From assembly GCA_010909165.1 (NCBI GenBank), contig MU008155.1, positions 1,240,001 to 1,304,000 of the forward strand: DNA of 64,000 nt. The letters are read 5' to 3'. Made by a program: the position numbers and the translations under genes. The notes under the pieces were generated by a model that saw only the letters and a list, made by a program, of their open reading frames with translations, did no database searches and was not told the DNA's origin. Source of the stretch: Anthoceros angustus. Taxonomy: Eukaryota > Plantae > Anthocerotophyta. Below are positions 34,151-45,129 of the stretch, in pieces. Every line of letters begins with the position of its first letter. Position 1 is the first letter of the stretch.

Positions 34151-36524
34151 GAATTAGTGGTGTTTGGCCCTCGTTCATGCAATTTCATTAACACTGTTGA
34201 TTGATTGAAGATTATTTATCTTATTTAAATTTTACCTTTATATTAGTCCAGACTATTTTACCACAATCTATGTAGTTATCATATTTCAGTTCCATGACGG
34301 AAATCCGTCCTTAGTGGACTTAAATAAAATTCTTCTTCTCCTCCTCTACTCCATGGGGCAAATAGCCCGGAGTACGAGTCTCATGGCGGTACGGTTGTAC
34401 CGATTCTTTAGAGGACTTCAAATATAAATAAATTGTTGTAGTCGTTGCTATATTCGGTTGTACCGATTCTTTAGAGGACTTCAAATATAAATAAATTGTT
34501 GTAGTCGTTGCTATGTTACTGGTTGTACCGATCCAAGCTCAGGATGCTTAATCACGGCGTTCTTATAAATGTGTGTCTAAAGGGAGTAGATGCCCTTGGT
34601 GAAGTAGGCACACCATGGTCAAGTTGTTAAGTACCAAGTCCCTTGACGGAAATCCGTCCTTAGTGGACTTCAATAAAATTCTTTTTCTTCTTCTGCTGCT
34701 GCTACTGCTGAGTTGGATGTTCGTATGGATTTCTTGCGTCATCCTAGTTAAAGGGACAGCAGTGCCTGCTACTTATCACCTTTTGCAGTCAGGTCGCTGG
34801 GATGGGACAGCTTCTGCACCACCGATCAGTGCCCTCTTCCACTAAAGACCAAGTTCCTTCAAACCCTGATTCCATCTACCGCAAAGCTGTTGGAATTTCC
34901 ATCTACCGTAAAGCTCCCAACAGCATTCCTGTTCAAGAAATGGATGTCGACTGACCCTGAGTCCCATCGTGTGATAGCATTTGCAGGGCGCCCGTTGAGA
35001 CGCTCGGGGGCAGGACTTCTGAGCTGCAGCGCCTGAGCAGATCCAGGAAGTGCGGGAGATACGCCAGAGGAATGGCAATTGTGCTGCCAAGCCGCAACCG
35101 CGGCAGCCGAGAAGCTTTTGCCCTGTGCAAGCTGTTTAGAGGCAACGTGCAGCCCTTCAGACGGAGCCTATAGCGAATCTGAAGTTCCAATAAAAACCTG
35201 TTTTGTGCATCTCGCGAATCGAAGAAAAGAAGAAGAATTCTCAGGACTATTCCACCCACGGGGGAGGTACAGCTACTCCCACTGCTCCGATCCTGTTCAC
35301 ATTGTGCCCGCCTTGGGTCCCAATCCTGATATCGTTCTTGAACGCAACTGTTTTTTGCTGGTTGCCGTCGGAGCTGGAGTGGAATTTTCACGGCCATATA
35401 GGGCGAGCACATATGCCCCTTCCTCATTTGCTGCAAAAAGCGTGACGTTTTCACTCTCCACGGCCGACCACGAAAGCCTTGCCGACAGCGGCGGACACAC
35501 GATTGTCCTCGCGAGAGGAGGGGAGAAGCACATCTGGAAGCTGAGTCGAAAGTGGCCTAGAAAGTTCCGGGGAGCACGTGGGAATGCAATAGTGAGCTAT
35601 ATGTACCTGACTACAGTACTACTCGGACACGCGGCCTGGTTTGCCGAGCCCTTGCTTAACAAACCTCTCATCGGAGCTTCTGGCATCAATTAAGCAAAGC
35701 GCCTGGAGGCCAGGTGCAGCGGAGCTCTGTGGCTTGGAATGTCGCTGGCCGTACGAGCTGTGCCCATTTTCCGCATCACATACAGTTGCCGATGATCGCA
35801 GGCCCTTGCAAACCCTGGCACGGTCCTGGACACTACGAAACAAAAAGCAAGCTGAGAAAACACATGAGCCAGTGCGAGAATCCCACTTGCCTGATATCAG
35901 TCTACAGTATGCCATTGCCGCACTGGCTGCACTGCATGCAAATTTGCCAAACGCAGAGCAGCAGATTGGAGAAGGATGCCCGATGAGAAGTCTGGAGCCT
36001 GAGCCTCAGAGGCTGATTGGAGAATAATCTGAAGCAGGCTCCGTGTACGCCTTTTTGCGAAAGAGGCCAGGAAGGAGCATCTGCCGAATAAGGTGGAGAG
36101 TCACATGTGGGGAACTGTGCAGTGCACGGTGCACACCTGGTGACAAAGTGACAAGGCGGATAGGAGCAGTGTGCACGTTTTGCGGGAGCGTGGCATGCGC
36201 CACCACCAAGTACAGTGCTGTTGCGAGCGAATGCTCATCCGGATGGGTGGTGATGCCGTCGCCCACCATGGCCCGGGATGCAGAATTTGCAGGTGCGCTT
36301 GTAACAAGTCTACAGTGGCTGCCGTGTCAACCAGACAGCAACACAGCAAAATTGGTTGTCAACGTTTGCTACCCTGTCCAAGCCCGCAATCCCCCAAACA
36401 CGATGCCCTTACCCGAGTCGTGGATCCCGGAGAATCGGCCTGGTGACGTCTCGCTGCTCTATATTAAGGCGCTGGAGGGAGGGGAGAGCAGCGTGTCGCC
36501 CAAGCTTCGCTTTTGGAAGCGGCG

Positions 36525-36531
36525 TATAAAA
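36525..36531 (+). promoter_or_regulatory. Candidate TATA box for the ABCB gene
   Basis: TATAAAA about 260 bp upstream of GCCATGG at 36789; an alternative TATATTA lies at about 36460. Confidence 0.3.
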
Positions 36532-36788
36532 CTGGGCGGGCAGAGAAGGGGACGAATCCATGCCCCCGAGTTCCCGAACTCCCTGTCGCCGAGCGCCCAC
36601 AGACCCACGGTAGAGGGAAGCCCTAGGCCGTGCCCGTGGCCCGTCCTGCCGATCCTGGAGCTTGGAGATGCGATTTCCGGATCGATGAGAGGCGCGACTG
36701 CGCGCCGCATTCGACCGGCCGGGCTCCACCGAGACTGCAGCAGCTGGCTGACAGCAGCAGCAGCATCTGCAGGACGGGGCTAGCTGCC

Positions 36789-39700
36789 ATGGAGGCGGGC
36801 GACGTCGGTGACGGGCGGTACCAGAGCCGGGCCTGGGGGGCGAGGTCTGAAGCGGGAAAGGAGAAGGAATTCGCGGCGGGAGCTCCAGCCATGGCGCCCG
36901 CAGCGGCCGGGACGAAGGCGGGGTGAGCGGGGGCCTGGAGCCGGAAGGCGGTGCCCTTCCACCGCCTCTTCGCTTCGCGGACGCGCAGGACTGGGGTCTG
37001 ATGCTCTGGGCACGGCGGGGCCATCCTGGACGGCCTCCCTCCCGTGATGCTGCTGGTGATGGGCGGCTCATCAATTCCTTCGGGGAGAACTCAAGTCGTG
37101 AAGCCGAACTTCATGGGCGAGATCCGGAAGTACACCGAGGCCTTCACCTACATCGCGATCGGCACCATGGTGGCCAGCTACCTGGAGGCGTCCTGCTGGA
37201 TGCGGACCGGGGAGCGGCAGACGAGCCGGATCCGGCACAAGTACCTCCGCGCAATTCTCCGGCAGGACGTCTCCTTCTTCGACCTGGCGGGCACGTCCAC
37301 GGCGGAGGTGGTGAACTCTGTGGCCGTGGACTCCATGGTTTTCCAGGAGACGCTGGCCGAGAAGATGGCGCACTTCGTGATGAACGTGGCGGGCTTCATC
37401 GGGGGCTACGCGGTGGCCTTCTTCCTGGCCCCGAAGATGGCGGCCTTCATCCTCGCCTTCTCCCCGCTGCTCATCGTGCCCGGGGTGCTGTACGGGCGGA
37501 CCCTGACGCAGCTCTCCCGGAAGCTGCAGCAGCAGTCCGTGAAGGCGGGCGCCGTGGCCGAGCAGGCGCTGTCCGCCATCCGCACCGTCTACTCTTTCGT
37601 CGGGGAGAAGCGCAGCAGCAGCGACTACAGCGCGGCGTTGGCGGAGACGGTGCGGCTCGGCAGCAGCAGGGCTTGCCAAGGGGCTCGCCATCGGCTTCAA
37701 CGGCGTCTCCTACCTCATCTGGGCCTTCGCCGCCTACTACGGCGCGCGCCTCCATCAACGAGGGTGTGAGCGGGGAAGATCGTGGCCACCGGGCTGGCCT
37801 CCATGGTCGGGGGGCTCGCCCTCGGGCTGGCCCTCCCGGATCTGCGCTACTTCGCGGAAGCCACCGCGGCGGCGGCCACCATCTTCTCCATGATCGACCG
37901 CGTCCCCGCCATCGACAGCGACGACCCGGCGGGGACCCAGCTGGAGACAGTGCAGGGCGAGCTGGAGCTGCGGGGGGTGGAATTCCGCTACCCTTCCCGC
38001 CCCGACACGATCGTGTTCCAGGACATGAGCCTCGTCATCGCCGCGGGGCAGACGGTGGCTTTGGTGGGCGGTAGCGGGAGCGGGAAATCCACCGTGGTGG
38101 CGCTCCTGGAACGGCTCTACGACCCCGCCGCCGGGGAGGTGCTCCTGGACGGGGTGAACATCAAGAACGTCCAGCTCAAATGGCTGCGGCTGCAGATCGG
38201 GCTGGTGAGCCAGGAGCCGGCGCTGTTCGCCACTTCCATCATGGAGAACATCCTGCTGGGGAAGGAGGGCGCCACGAAAGAGGAGGCCATGGCCGCCGCC
38301 CGCGCCTCCAACGCCCACGACTTCATCTCCATGCTCCCCGCCGGCTACGACACCCAGGTCGGGGAGCGCGGAGTCCAGATGTCAGGCGGGCAGAAGCAGC
38401 GCATCGCCATCGCCCGCGCCCTGCTCCGCAAGCCCCCCATCCTCCTCCTGGACGAGGCCACGAGCGCGCTGGACGCGGAATCGGAGCGGGTGGTCCAGGC
38501 CGCGCTGGACAGCGCCGCCCTCGGCCGCACCACCGTCGTGGTCGCCCATCGCCTCTCCACCATCCGCCACGCCCACAAGATCGCCGTGGTGCAATCCGGG
38601 CGGATCGTGGAAACCGGGCGCCACGACGAGCTGGTGACCCGGGAAGGCGGCGCGTACGCCGCCCTGGTCCGCCTCCAGCACACCCGCGCCTCGCAGAAGG
38701 AGCTCCACGATGAGATCGCCAGGTGTCCTCCGCCAGAGTCTCCTCCTCCCTCGGCCTGCGGCTCAGCTCGCACCGCATCTCCAGCGCCGCCTCTCCAACG
38801 CCAGAGGCGGCCCCTCACCTTGGAGGAGGTGGACGTGCCACCGCCGGAAACAGGAGAAGCCGCGCCGCCAAAAGCGCCGTCGTTCAAGCGTCTCCTGGCC
38901 TTGAACAAGCCGGAGTGGAAGCACGCGGTGCTGGGGTGTGCGGGGGCGGCAGCGGCGGGGTTCGTGCAGCCCCTCTACGCCCTCCTGCTCGGGACGCTGG
39001 TGTCCGTCTTCTACTACACCGACAAGGAGCGGGAGAAGCAGACGGTGTCCAAGTTCGCGGGTGGTTTCGCCGCGCTCTTCGTGGGCGCGGTGCTGGTGAA
39101 CCTGGTGCAGCACTACAACCTGCAGGTGATGGGGGAGAAGCTGACGCGGCGGGTGCGGGAGATGGTGCTGGAGAAGGTGCTGACGTTCGAGGTCGGGTGG
39201 TTCGACGAGGAGGAGAACAGCTCGGGCGCGGTGTGCGCGCGGCTGAGCAGCGAGGCCAACGTGGTGCGGGCGTTGGTGGGGACCGGTGGCGCTGGTGGTG
39301 CAGGTGATGGCGGCGGTGCTCTTCTCGGCGGCCGTTGGGCTGGTGGTGGCCTGGAAGCTGTCCTTGGTGATGATCGCGATACAGCCCTTGGTGGTGCTGG
39401 CGTACTACGGGAAGAAGATGCTAATGAAGTCGGAGTCCGGGATGGCGATGCGGGCGCAGCAGGAGTCGAGCGCGCTGGCGAGCGAGGCCGTGTGCAACCA
39501 CAGGACCATCACAGCGTTCTGCGCTCAGGATCGGATCGTCGGGCTCTTCGACGCCATGCAGGACGGGCTGAGGAAGGAGAGCGTGCTTAGGGCTAACGTG
39601 GCGGGCGTGGGGTTAGGGCTGGCGCAGTTCACGCTCTACGCCACCTGGGCGGTGGATTTCTACTACGGCGGGAAGCTGGTGAGGGACGGGGACATCTCCT

Positions 39701-40632
39701 TCCACGCCATGTTCATCTGCTTCTTCGTGCTGGTCTCCACCGGGAGGATCATCGCGGATGCCGGGAGCATGACCTCCGACATCGCCAAGGGCGCGGGGGC
39801 GGTGGCCGTGCTCTTCGCGATCCTGGACCGGAAGACGCTCATCGACCCCGACGGCCAGGGGGAGAAGGTGGAGAGGGTTTCCGGGCACATCGAGTTGAAG
39901 GATGTGGATTTCGCGTACCCGGCCCGGCCTGACATCATGATCTTCCGGAACTTCAGCCTCAAGGTGCGGGCGGGGACGAACGTGGCCCTGGTCGGTCAGA
40001 GCGGGTCTGGGAAATCCACCATCATCGGGCTCATCGAGAGGTTTTACGATCCGCTGCGGGGGAAGGTGAAGATTGACGGGAAGGACGTCGCGACGCTGCA
40101 TCTGCGGACGCTGAGGCGGCACATCGCGCTGGTGGGGCAGGAGCCGACGCTCTTCGCCGGGACCATCCGGGAGAACATTTTGTACGGAAGGGAGAACGCG
40201 AGGGAGGCGGAGGTGGTGGAGGCGGCCAAGGCGGCCAACGCGCACGACTTCATCTCTGCGCTCGCGCACGGGTATGATACCAATACCGGGGAGCGGGGGC
40301 TGCAGCTGTCCGGCGGGCAGAAGCAAAGGATCGCTATCGCGCGGGCCATAATCAAGAATCCCGCGATTTTGCTGCTGGACGAGGCCACCAGCGCGCTGGA
40401 CGCGCAGTCGGAAAAGGTAGTGCAGGACGCGCTGGACAGGGTCATGGTGGGGAGGACCACCATCGTCGTCGCGCATCGGCTCACTACCATCCAGAACGCG
40501 GACTCTATCGCCGTGCTGCAGGACGGGGCCATTTTGGAGCAGGGCCGGCACACGGAGCTCTTGGATAAGGGCGAGTCCGGGGCTTACTACCAGCTGGTGC
40601 AGCTGCAGAGCAAGATGGTGGTGGAGACGTGA
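36789..40632 (+). CDS. ABCB: Full-size ABCB/MDR (P-glycoprotein) transporter, TMD-NBD-TMD-NBD, apparently intronless
   Basis: [12 protein letters not shown]1 GGSGSGKS (38067-90)/[22 protein letters not shown]2 [15 protein letters not shown]. Protein is split over frames by small indels at about 36920-37090, 37670-37780 and 39280. MSGGQ in NBD1 recalls the Arabidopsis ABCB15-18 group, which is not proof of orthology. Confidence 0.93.
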
Positions 40633-42149
40633 GCTTCCTTCCTTCCTTCCCTCCTTCCTTCCCACGCTGCCACGATATATTCTACACATGTGCACCACGT
40701 CAGGGGACGGATGAAGACTACTGGTAACATTCGCGGCTTGTGGTAGATCTAACGGAGCCTGATGTTCAGCGGGTGGCACATGTAATTCCCAAGCGCTCCC
40801 CTCATGCCCGCGCAACACCACAATTGCTTTGTTGGGCATACGACAAAACACCTCTCTCCTGGCTACCAGAGTTTCCCTCCCTATCTTCTCGAACAAATAT
40901 TTGGCTGTCAGGCAATGTATCCTACAGCTAGCCATGGAGTTACAGTTCCAGAGCAAGACTGCCTACAATGTAAGCCAGGCCAATCCCATCCCGCAATCCT
41001 TACTTGCGAAGGAGCAGCTGGGGACCTTATGATGTATCCAAAATTGTCAAGGAAGCGCGGAATATGTGGTGACTCGAATCGAAGGGATTCCATGGTGGTA
41101 GCACACTTCTGATACGTACTAGCTTTTGAGGCGATAGGATAATGACATTAATGTCAGGGAGTCCCTCCCTTCGAGTGTTTTAAAGTTCAATCGAGCCCAC
41201 TTCCTGCATATTAATCTAAGGGGGGTGAAAAGCATGCTTACTAGGTAGTGGAGAATGAAGAGCATCCTGGCCCGACCCGGCACGATCTAGGGAGTCAGGG
41301 CGAAGCTACTGTCATGCTCGTCGGAGGCCGTCGGGGTTATTAGTTTAAGGTATGACCTATAACAACAGTTAAAAGGTTATGGGAAAATACCAATTATGGT
41401 AACTCGCAGACGCCCTCCTCTGCAATCTGCTCAAAATCGTTACCAAATCTCGCTTTACTTTTTCGGTTAGTGGTTGAAAGTGAGTTCTTTTCCTTAATAA
41501 AACTATTCAAACTTGGCATATTCCTTTTTCAGACTTCCAACATACCCACGTATTGAACGGAATAAACTTGAAATATCCATTTCTTTCTCAAATTAAAGCT
41601 TTCTACTTTCTTAATTGAGTAATTTTTTCCCTTCTCGAATTAAATCTTTTCACTTTCAATTTAGTAACTTTTTTATAATAAAATGATTTATAAGATAGGA
41701 GGCTATGATGTCATAGATGAAACAAATGCATATGTGCACCAATAAGCATGAAACTTGGGAACACTCATATTAGAGATAACCTCCAAGCACCAAGTACATA
41801 TAAAAGAGGAACCAAATCATATGAAAACACTCATAATACAGATGAGACAAAGACATCGAAGCACTAAGTAAACCAAGAAGACAAACCAAATGAGATGGAA
41901 AGCACTCATAATAAAGATGCCACAAAGACCTCTCAACAACAAGTAAACAACGGTCACAAGATGATGAGCAACAAGGTCCATAAGAGATTTCAGCAACTTC
42001 TTCGACGACAAGAAGCTAACCCCAGCATAACTATCACAACGCCCCATCTACAAACTCCTGGATCTGTATGTAGTCTTCTCTCTATTTGAAAGGGTATCAA
42101 TAGTTGTAGATTTTGAAAGCCCCAATTATCCAAACATGTTGACATTATA

Positions 42150-42953
42150 ATGGATTTTCAGGTTGTTATAAAACAAAATATATATAACGCAAGCGGAGAA
42201 GATTTTGATGACATTTACAAGCTAAATAAAAGAATTGGGAGAGGAGATCATGGTGTTGTCTATGAGTGTATAAATCTAAATACCAAACAACTATGGGCCT
42301 GTAAATGTATCTCACTACTTGGAAAGAGTGCAGGCTTCATCCACATCGTGAATCGGGAGGTGGAGATTATGAAACATCTATCAAATCATCCTTGTATTGT
42401 AAGATTCCAAGATGTTTTCCAGAATGACAGTGAAATACGAATAACTATGGAACTATGCAAAGGAGGTGATTTGTTTGATTATGTCACGACTAGAGAAGAA
42501 TGTGATGAGAAATATATTGTTAAATTATTCGAACAAGTTATTCAAGCTATTAAATGTTGCCATGACCACGGGGTTATGCATGGAGATTTGAAACTACAAC
42601 ATTTTCTTTTCAATGATGGTGACAAGCAAACCCTAAAACTTATTGATTTTGGGCTGGCTACCCAGGTTGCTCCCTCACATATAACTCATCAGGTACTTAT
42701 TCCACATTTTATAATAAAAGACGATATTTGGAGTGCAGGCATAATTTTACAACTTTTAATGTGTGGATATCCTTCCTTTAAAAATATACCTCTTGAGGTA
42801 GCTAGGAGTGAAAATTCTTCTCCAATATATGAAAATTTTAAGTCTAAAATTTCATCACATGGGAAGGATTTAGTACACAGTATGTTAGATCCTAAGCTAA
42901 GGACTTGCTTAACATTAGAGCAAGTTCTTAATCATGCTTGGATGAAAATGTAG
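42150..42953 (+). pseudogene. AT-rich, degenerate CDPK/CaMK-like kinase domain (open 267-codon frame)
   Basis: GRGDHG, ACK, EVEIM, ELCKGGDLF, HGDLKLQHF, DFG, DIWSAG, LNHAW. No APE motif and no EF hands. Confidence 0.75.
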
Positions 42954-44184
42954 GTCAATTTTGTTGTTGTTGCTCGATTCGTATCTTTCACCATATATTT
43001 TACATCACACATGACACGGAATGCAAGACACATAAACTCATGTGGTCGCATAGAACATAATAATTAAAATGAGCAAAATTGTACATCTTATATACTTGTG
43101 AATATGTAACCCTAATGTTAACCATGTGAGGTTAACTAACCATATGTAGTACTAACTCTAACACCCCCTCTTAACCGAGCAGGGTTAACGAAAACGGGGT
43201 CTAGAAATAAATTAGGGTTTCCCGTTCGAAGTCTCGAAAGGAAGATCGAATCAAAGTGGTGGTGAAAGTGAGTCAGAAATCAAGGACGGACCGGACGTAA
43301 ACACAAGGGACTGGCGGTGCTCTAGCTGTGCATAAAATGGAGATATGTGTTCGAACCACCATTCAGAGTGTAGCTGGCGGCAAGAAGCGCAGAAGAGCGT
43401 GCAAGGAAGTAAGCGGAACCGAGATATCAAGGCTGGAGAGCCACCAGAGATGTGTGACCCCTCTCCAAATTGTGCTGTGGAGCGGGCAAAGTACCCAGAA
43501 GGATGGCCGACCCAGGCAGACCGAAATTTGGTCTGTCACCTGATGCAAACACTGGAAAAGTGCGGAGAACTCGAGAAGTTGCTCAAGTCGGCCAAGTACA
43601 GGGCACTCGAGCTGGCTGACCTGCTGGCAAGTGCTCCACCAAGGGTGCCTCGCATGCACTCCCTCACAGTTGAAGAGATACGTCACATGGTGAGAGAGTT
43701 GGCCTTGATGGGTTTCATGGGTACTGTTGGAGATGATGGGCCAGGAATAGGGCCCACTTACGATCCATATCCTCCTCCTAAGAGAGGTAAGCAGCTCAAC
43801 TCCTGTGTGTGAAGGTTGCAGCTCACGTTTAGATTACTCATAATGGCTTCATCCACTGAGCTGTCCTGTGTGCGAGTGTGTGCAGAATGAAGGGCTGCAC
43901 CACCCTAGAGAACACCACCCAAGAGGCACGCAACAGGCTGTTGAAGACGTTGTGTGTTGCTTCTTAGCTGAGTTTAGGATGTTCTCATTAAGAGCTAGAA
44001 GGAGTAGGCAGCACGAACTCCCGAAGCCCTAATGCTTCCATGTGTTTATAATGCTTAGAGTTGGACAATCCCTTGGTAAGTATATCAGCCGTGTTTTCCT
44101 CTGTGCTGACATACTGAACTTTCGCTACTCCTCTCTCGGCCACATCACGAATGTAATGGTGATAAAGCTCTATGTCATGCCGTG
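42949..44184 (-). mobile_element. Ty1/Copia 3' end: RNase H tail, 3' UTR, PPT and 3' LTR
   Basis: Minus frame RHDIELYHHYIRD...STEENTADILTKGL...LGL (about 44184-43989); PPT TAAGAGGGGG (43173-43164); LTR TGTTAG...CTACA (43163-42949) containing TATATAAG. Confidence 0.8.
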
Positions 44185-45129
44185 TGATACTAATCTCTGC
44201 ACTTGGGTTTAGTGTTTGATTAGCATTAATTAATCTAATTACTTATCTTTAAGTAAGTAATTAGTGTTAATTAATCTAAAGTGCTTATGTTAATTAAGCA
44301 TTGATTAGTGTTAATTAAACATGGTTAGCAATAGCTAAGTGGATAAGCTCAAGTAATATGCCATATTCCTTGCATATTATAGTGTATTCTTAGGATACAA
44401 TAGCTGGTGATAAGCTCAAGTAATATGCTTTGGCATATTCCTTGCATATTATAGTGTATTCTTAGGATATTTCTCGCATAGCCGATGCCAATAGGATATC
44501 TTAGAATATGTCATGCCAGGGTCTAGTATATATAGACCCTTCCATTGAGGACAAGCTCGGATCATAGCTTGTCCTCTAGATATGCAATGCAAGAGCGGAG
44601 GCCAAAGCCATGACCAGAGCGATGTGTGAGGAATTTGCGTGTTGTTCGTGAGAGTGTGTTTGTGCCACGACGCGAGCTACTCCCTCCTGTTGTTACAAGC
44701 TATGATCTCGCACAGATAGGCCAGCAGCGGCAGCGATGCTAGGCGATGCTAGGCGATGCTAGGCGATGCTAGGCGATGCTAGGCGAGGCGAAGCCCAAGT
44801 CAAGGCCAAGGAGGCGAAGCCCAAGTCAAGGCCAAGGCCAAGGCCAAGGAGAGGAGGCGAAGAAGCCCAAGTCCAAGGCCAAGGCCAAGGAGGAGGCAAG
44901 AAGCCCAAGTCCAAGGCCAAGGAGAGGAGGCAAGAAGCCCAAGTCCAAGGCCAAGGAGGCGAAGAAGCCCAAGTCCAAGGCCAAGGAGAGGAGGCGAAGA
45001 AGCCCATACCAAGGAGAGGAATGAGGCTCCTATGAGGCCTTTAAGGCCAACCAACTGGGAGAAACAAGAGTATTTTACTCTTGGGCCCTGGATTCCAAGG
45101 GATAAGGGAATAGACATGGTATGTCATCA
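44185..45129 (+). repeat. Probable 5' LTR of the DNMT-Gypsy element
   Basis: TGAT...ATCA ends, AT-rich U3 with TATATA at ~44528, and an abrupt break in the Copia RNase H frame. No clear tRNA PBS; end uncertain by about 12 bp. Confidence 0.6.
44733..45020. repeat. GCGATGCTAG x5, then degenerate GAAGCCCAAGTCCAAGGCCAAGGAG repeats inside the LTR
   Basis: Directly visible tandem units. Confidence 0.9.

Larger units (their letters stand above)
29881..34705 (+). mobile_element. Several scattered LINE/SINE-like 3' tails
   Basis: Short hairpin + CTTAGTGGAC + AATAAA + microsatellite tail at about 29881, 30929, 32124, 32890, 34292 and 34641; the hairpin is 5'-truncated in the 30929 and 32124 copies. 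Confidence 0.6.

Noticed and set aside
35600-36783. ORF 36043-36783 and neighbours as an upstream gene or ABCB extension
   Set aside because: No recognisable domain; it overlaps the likely ABCB promoter and leader.
39613-40956. 447-aa antisense ORF and other shadow ORFs over ABCB
   Set aside because: Antisense shadows of a GC3-rich gene with no independent motifs.
44766-45035. Histone H1-like KKPKSKAKE reading frames
   Set aside because: Translation of a low-complexity repeat inside an LTR, open in several frames.
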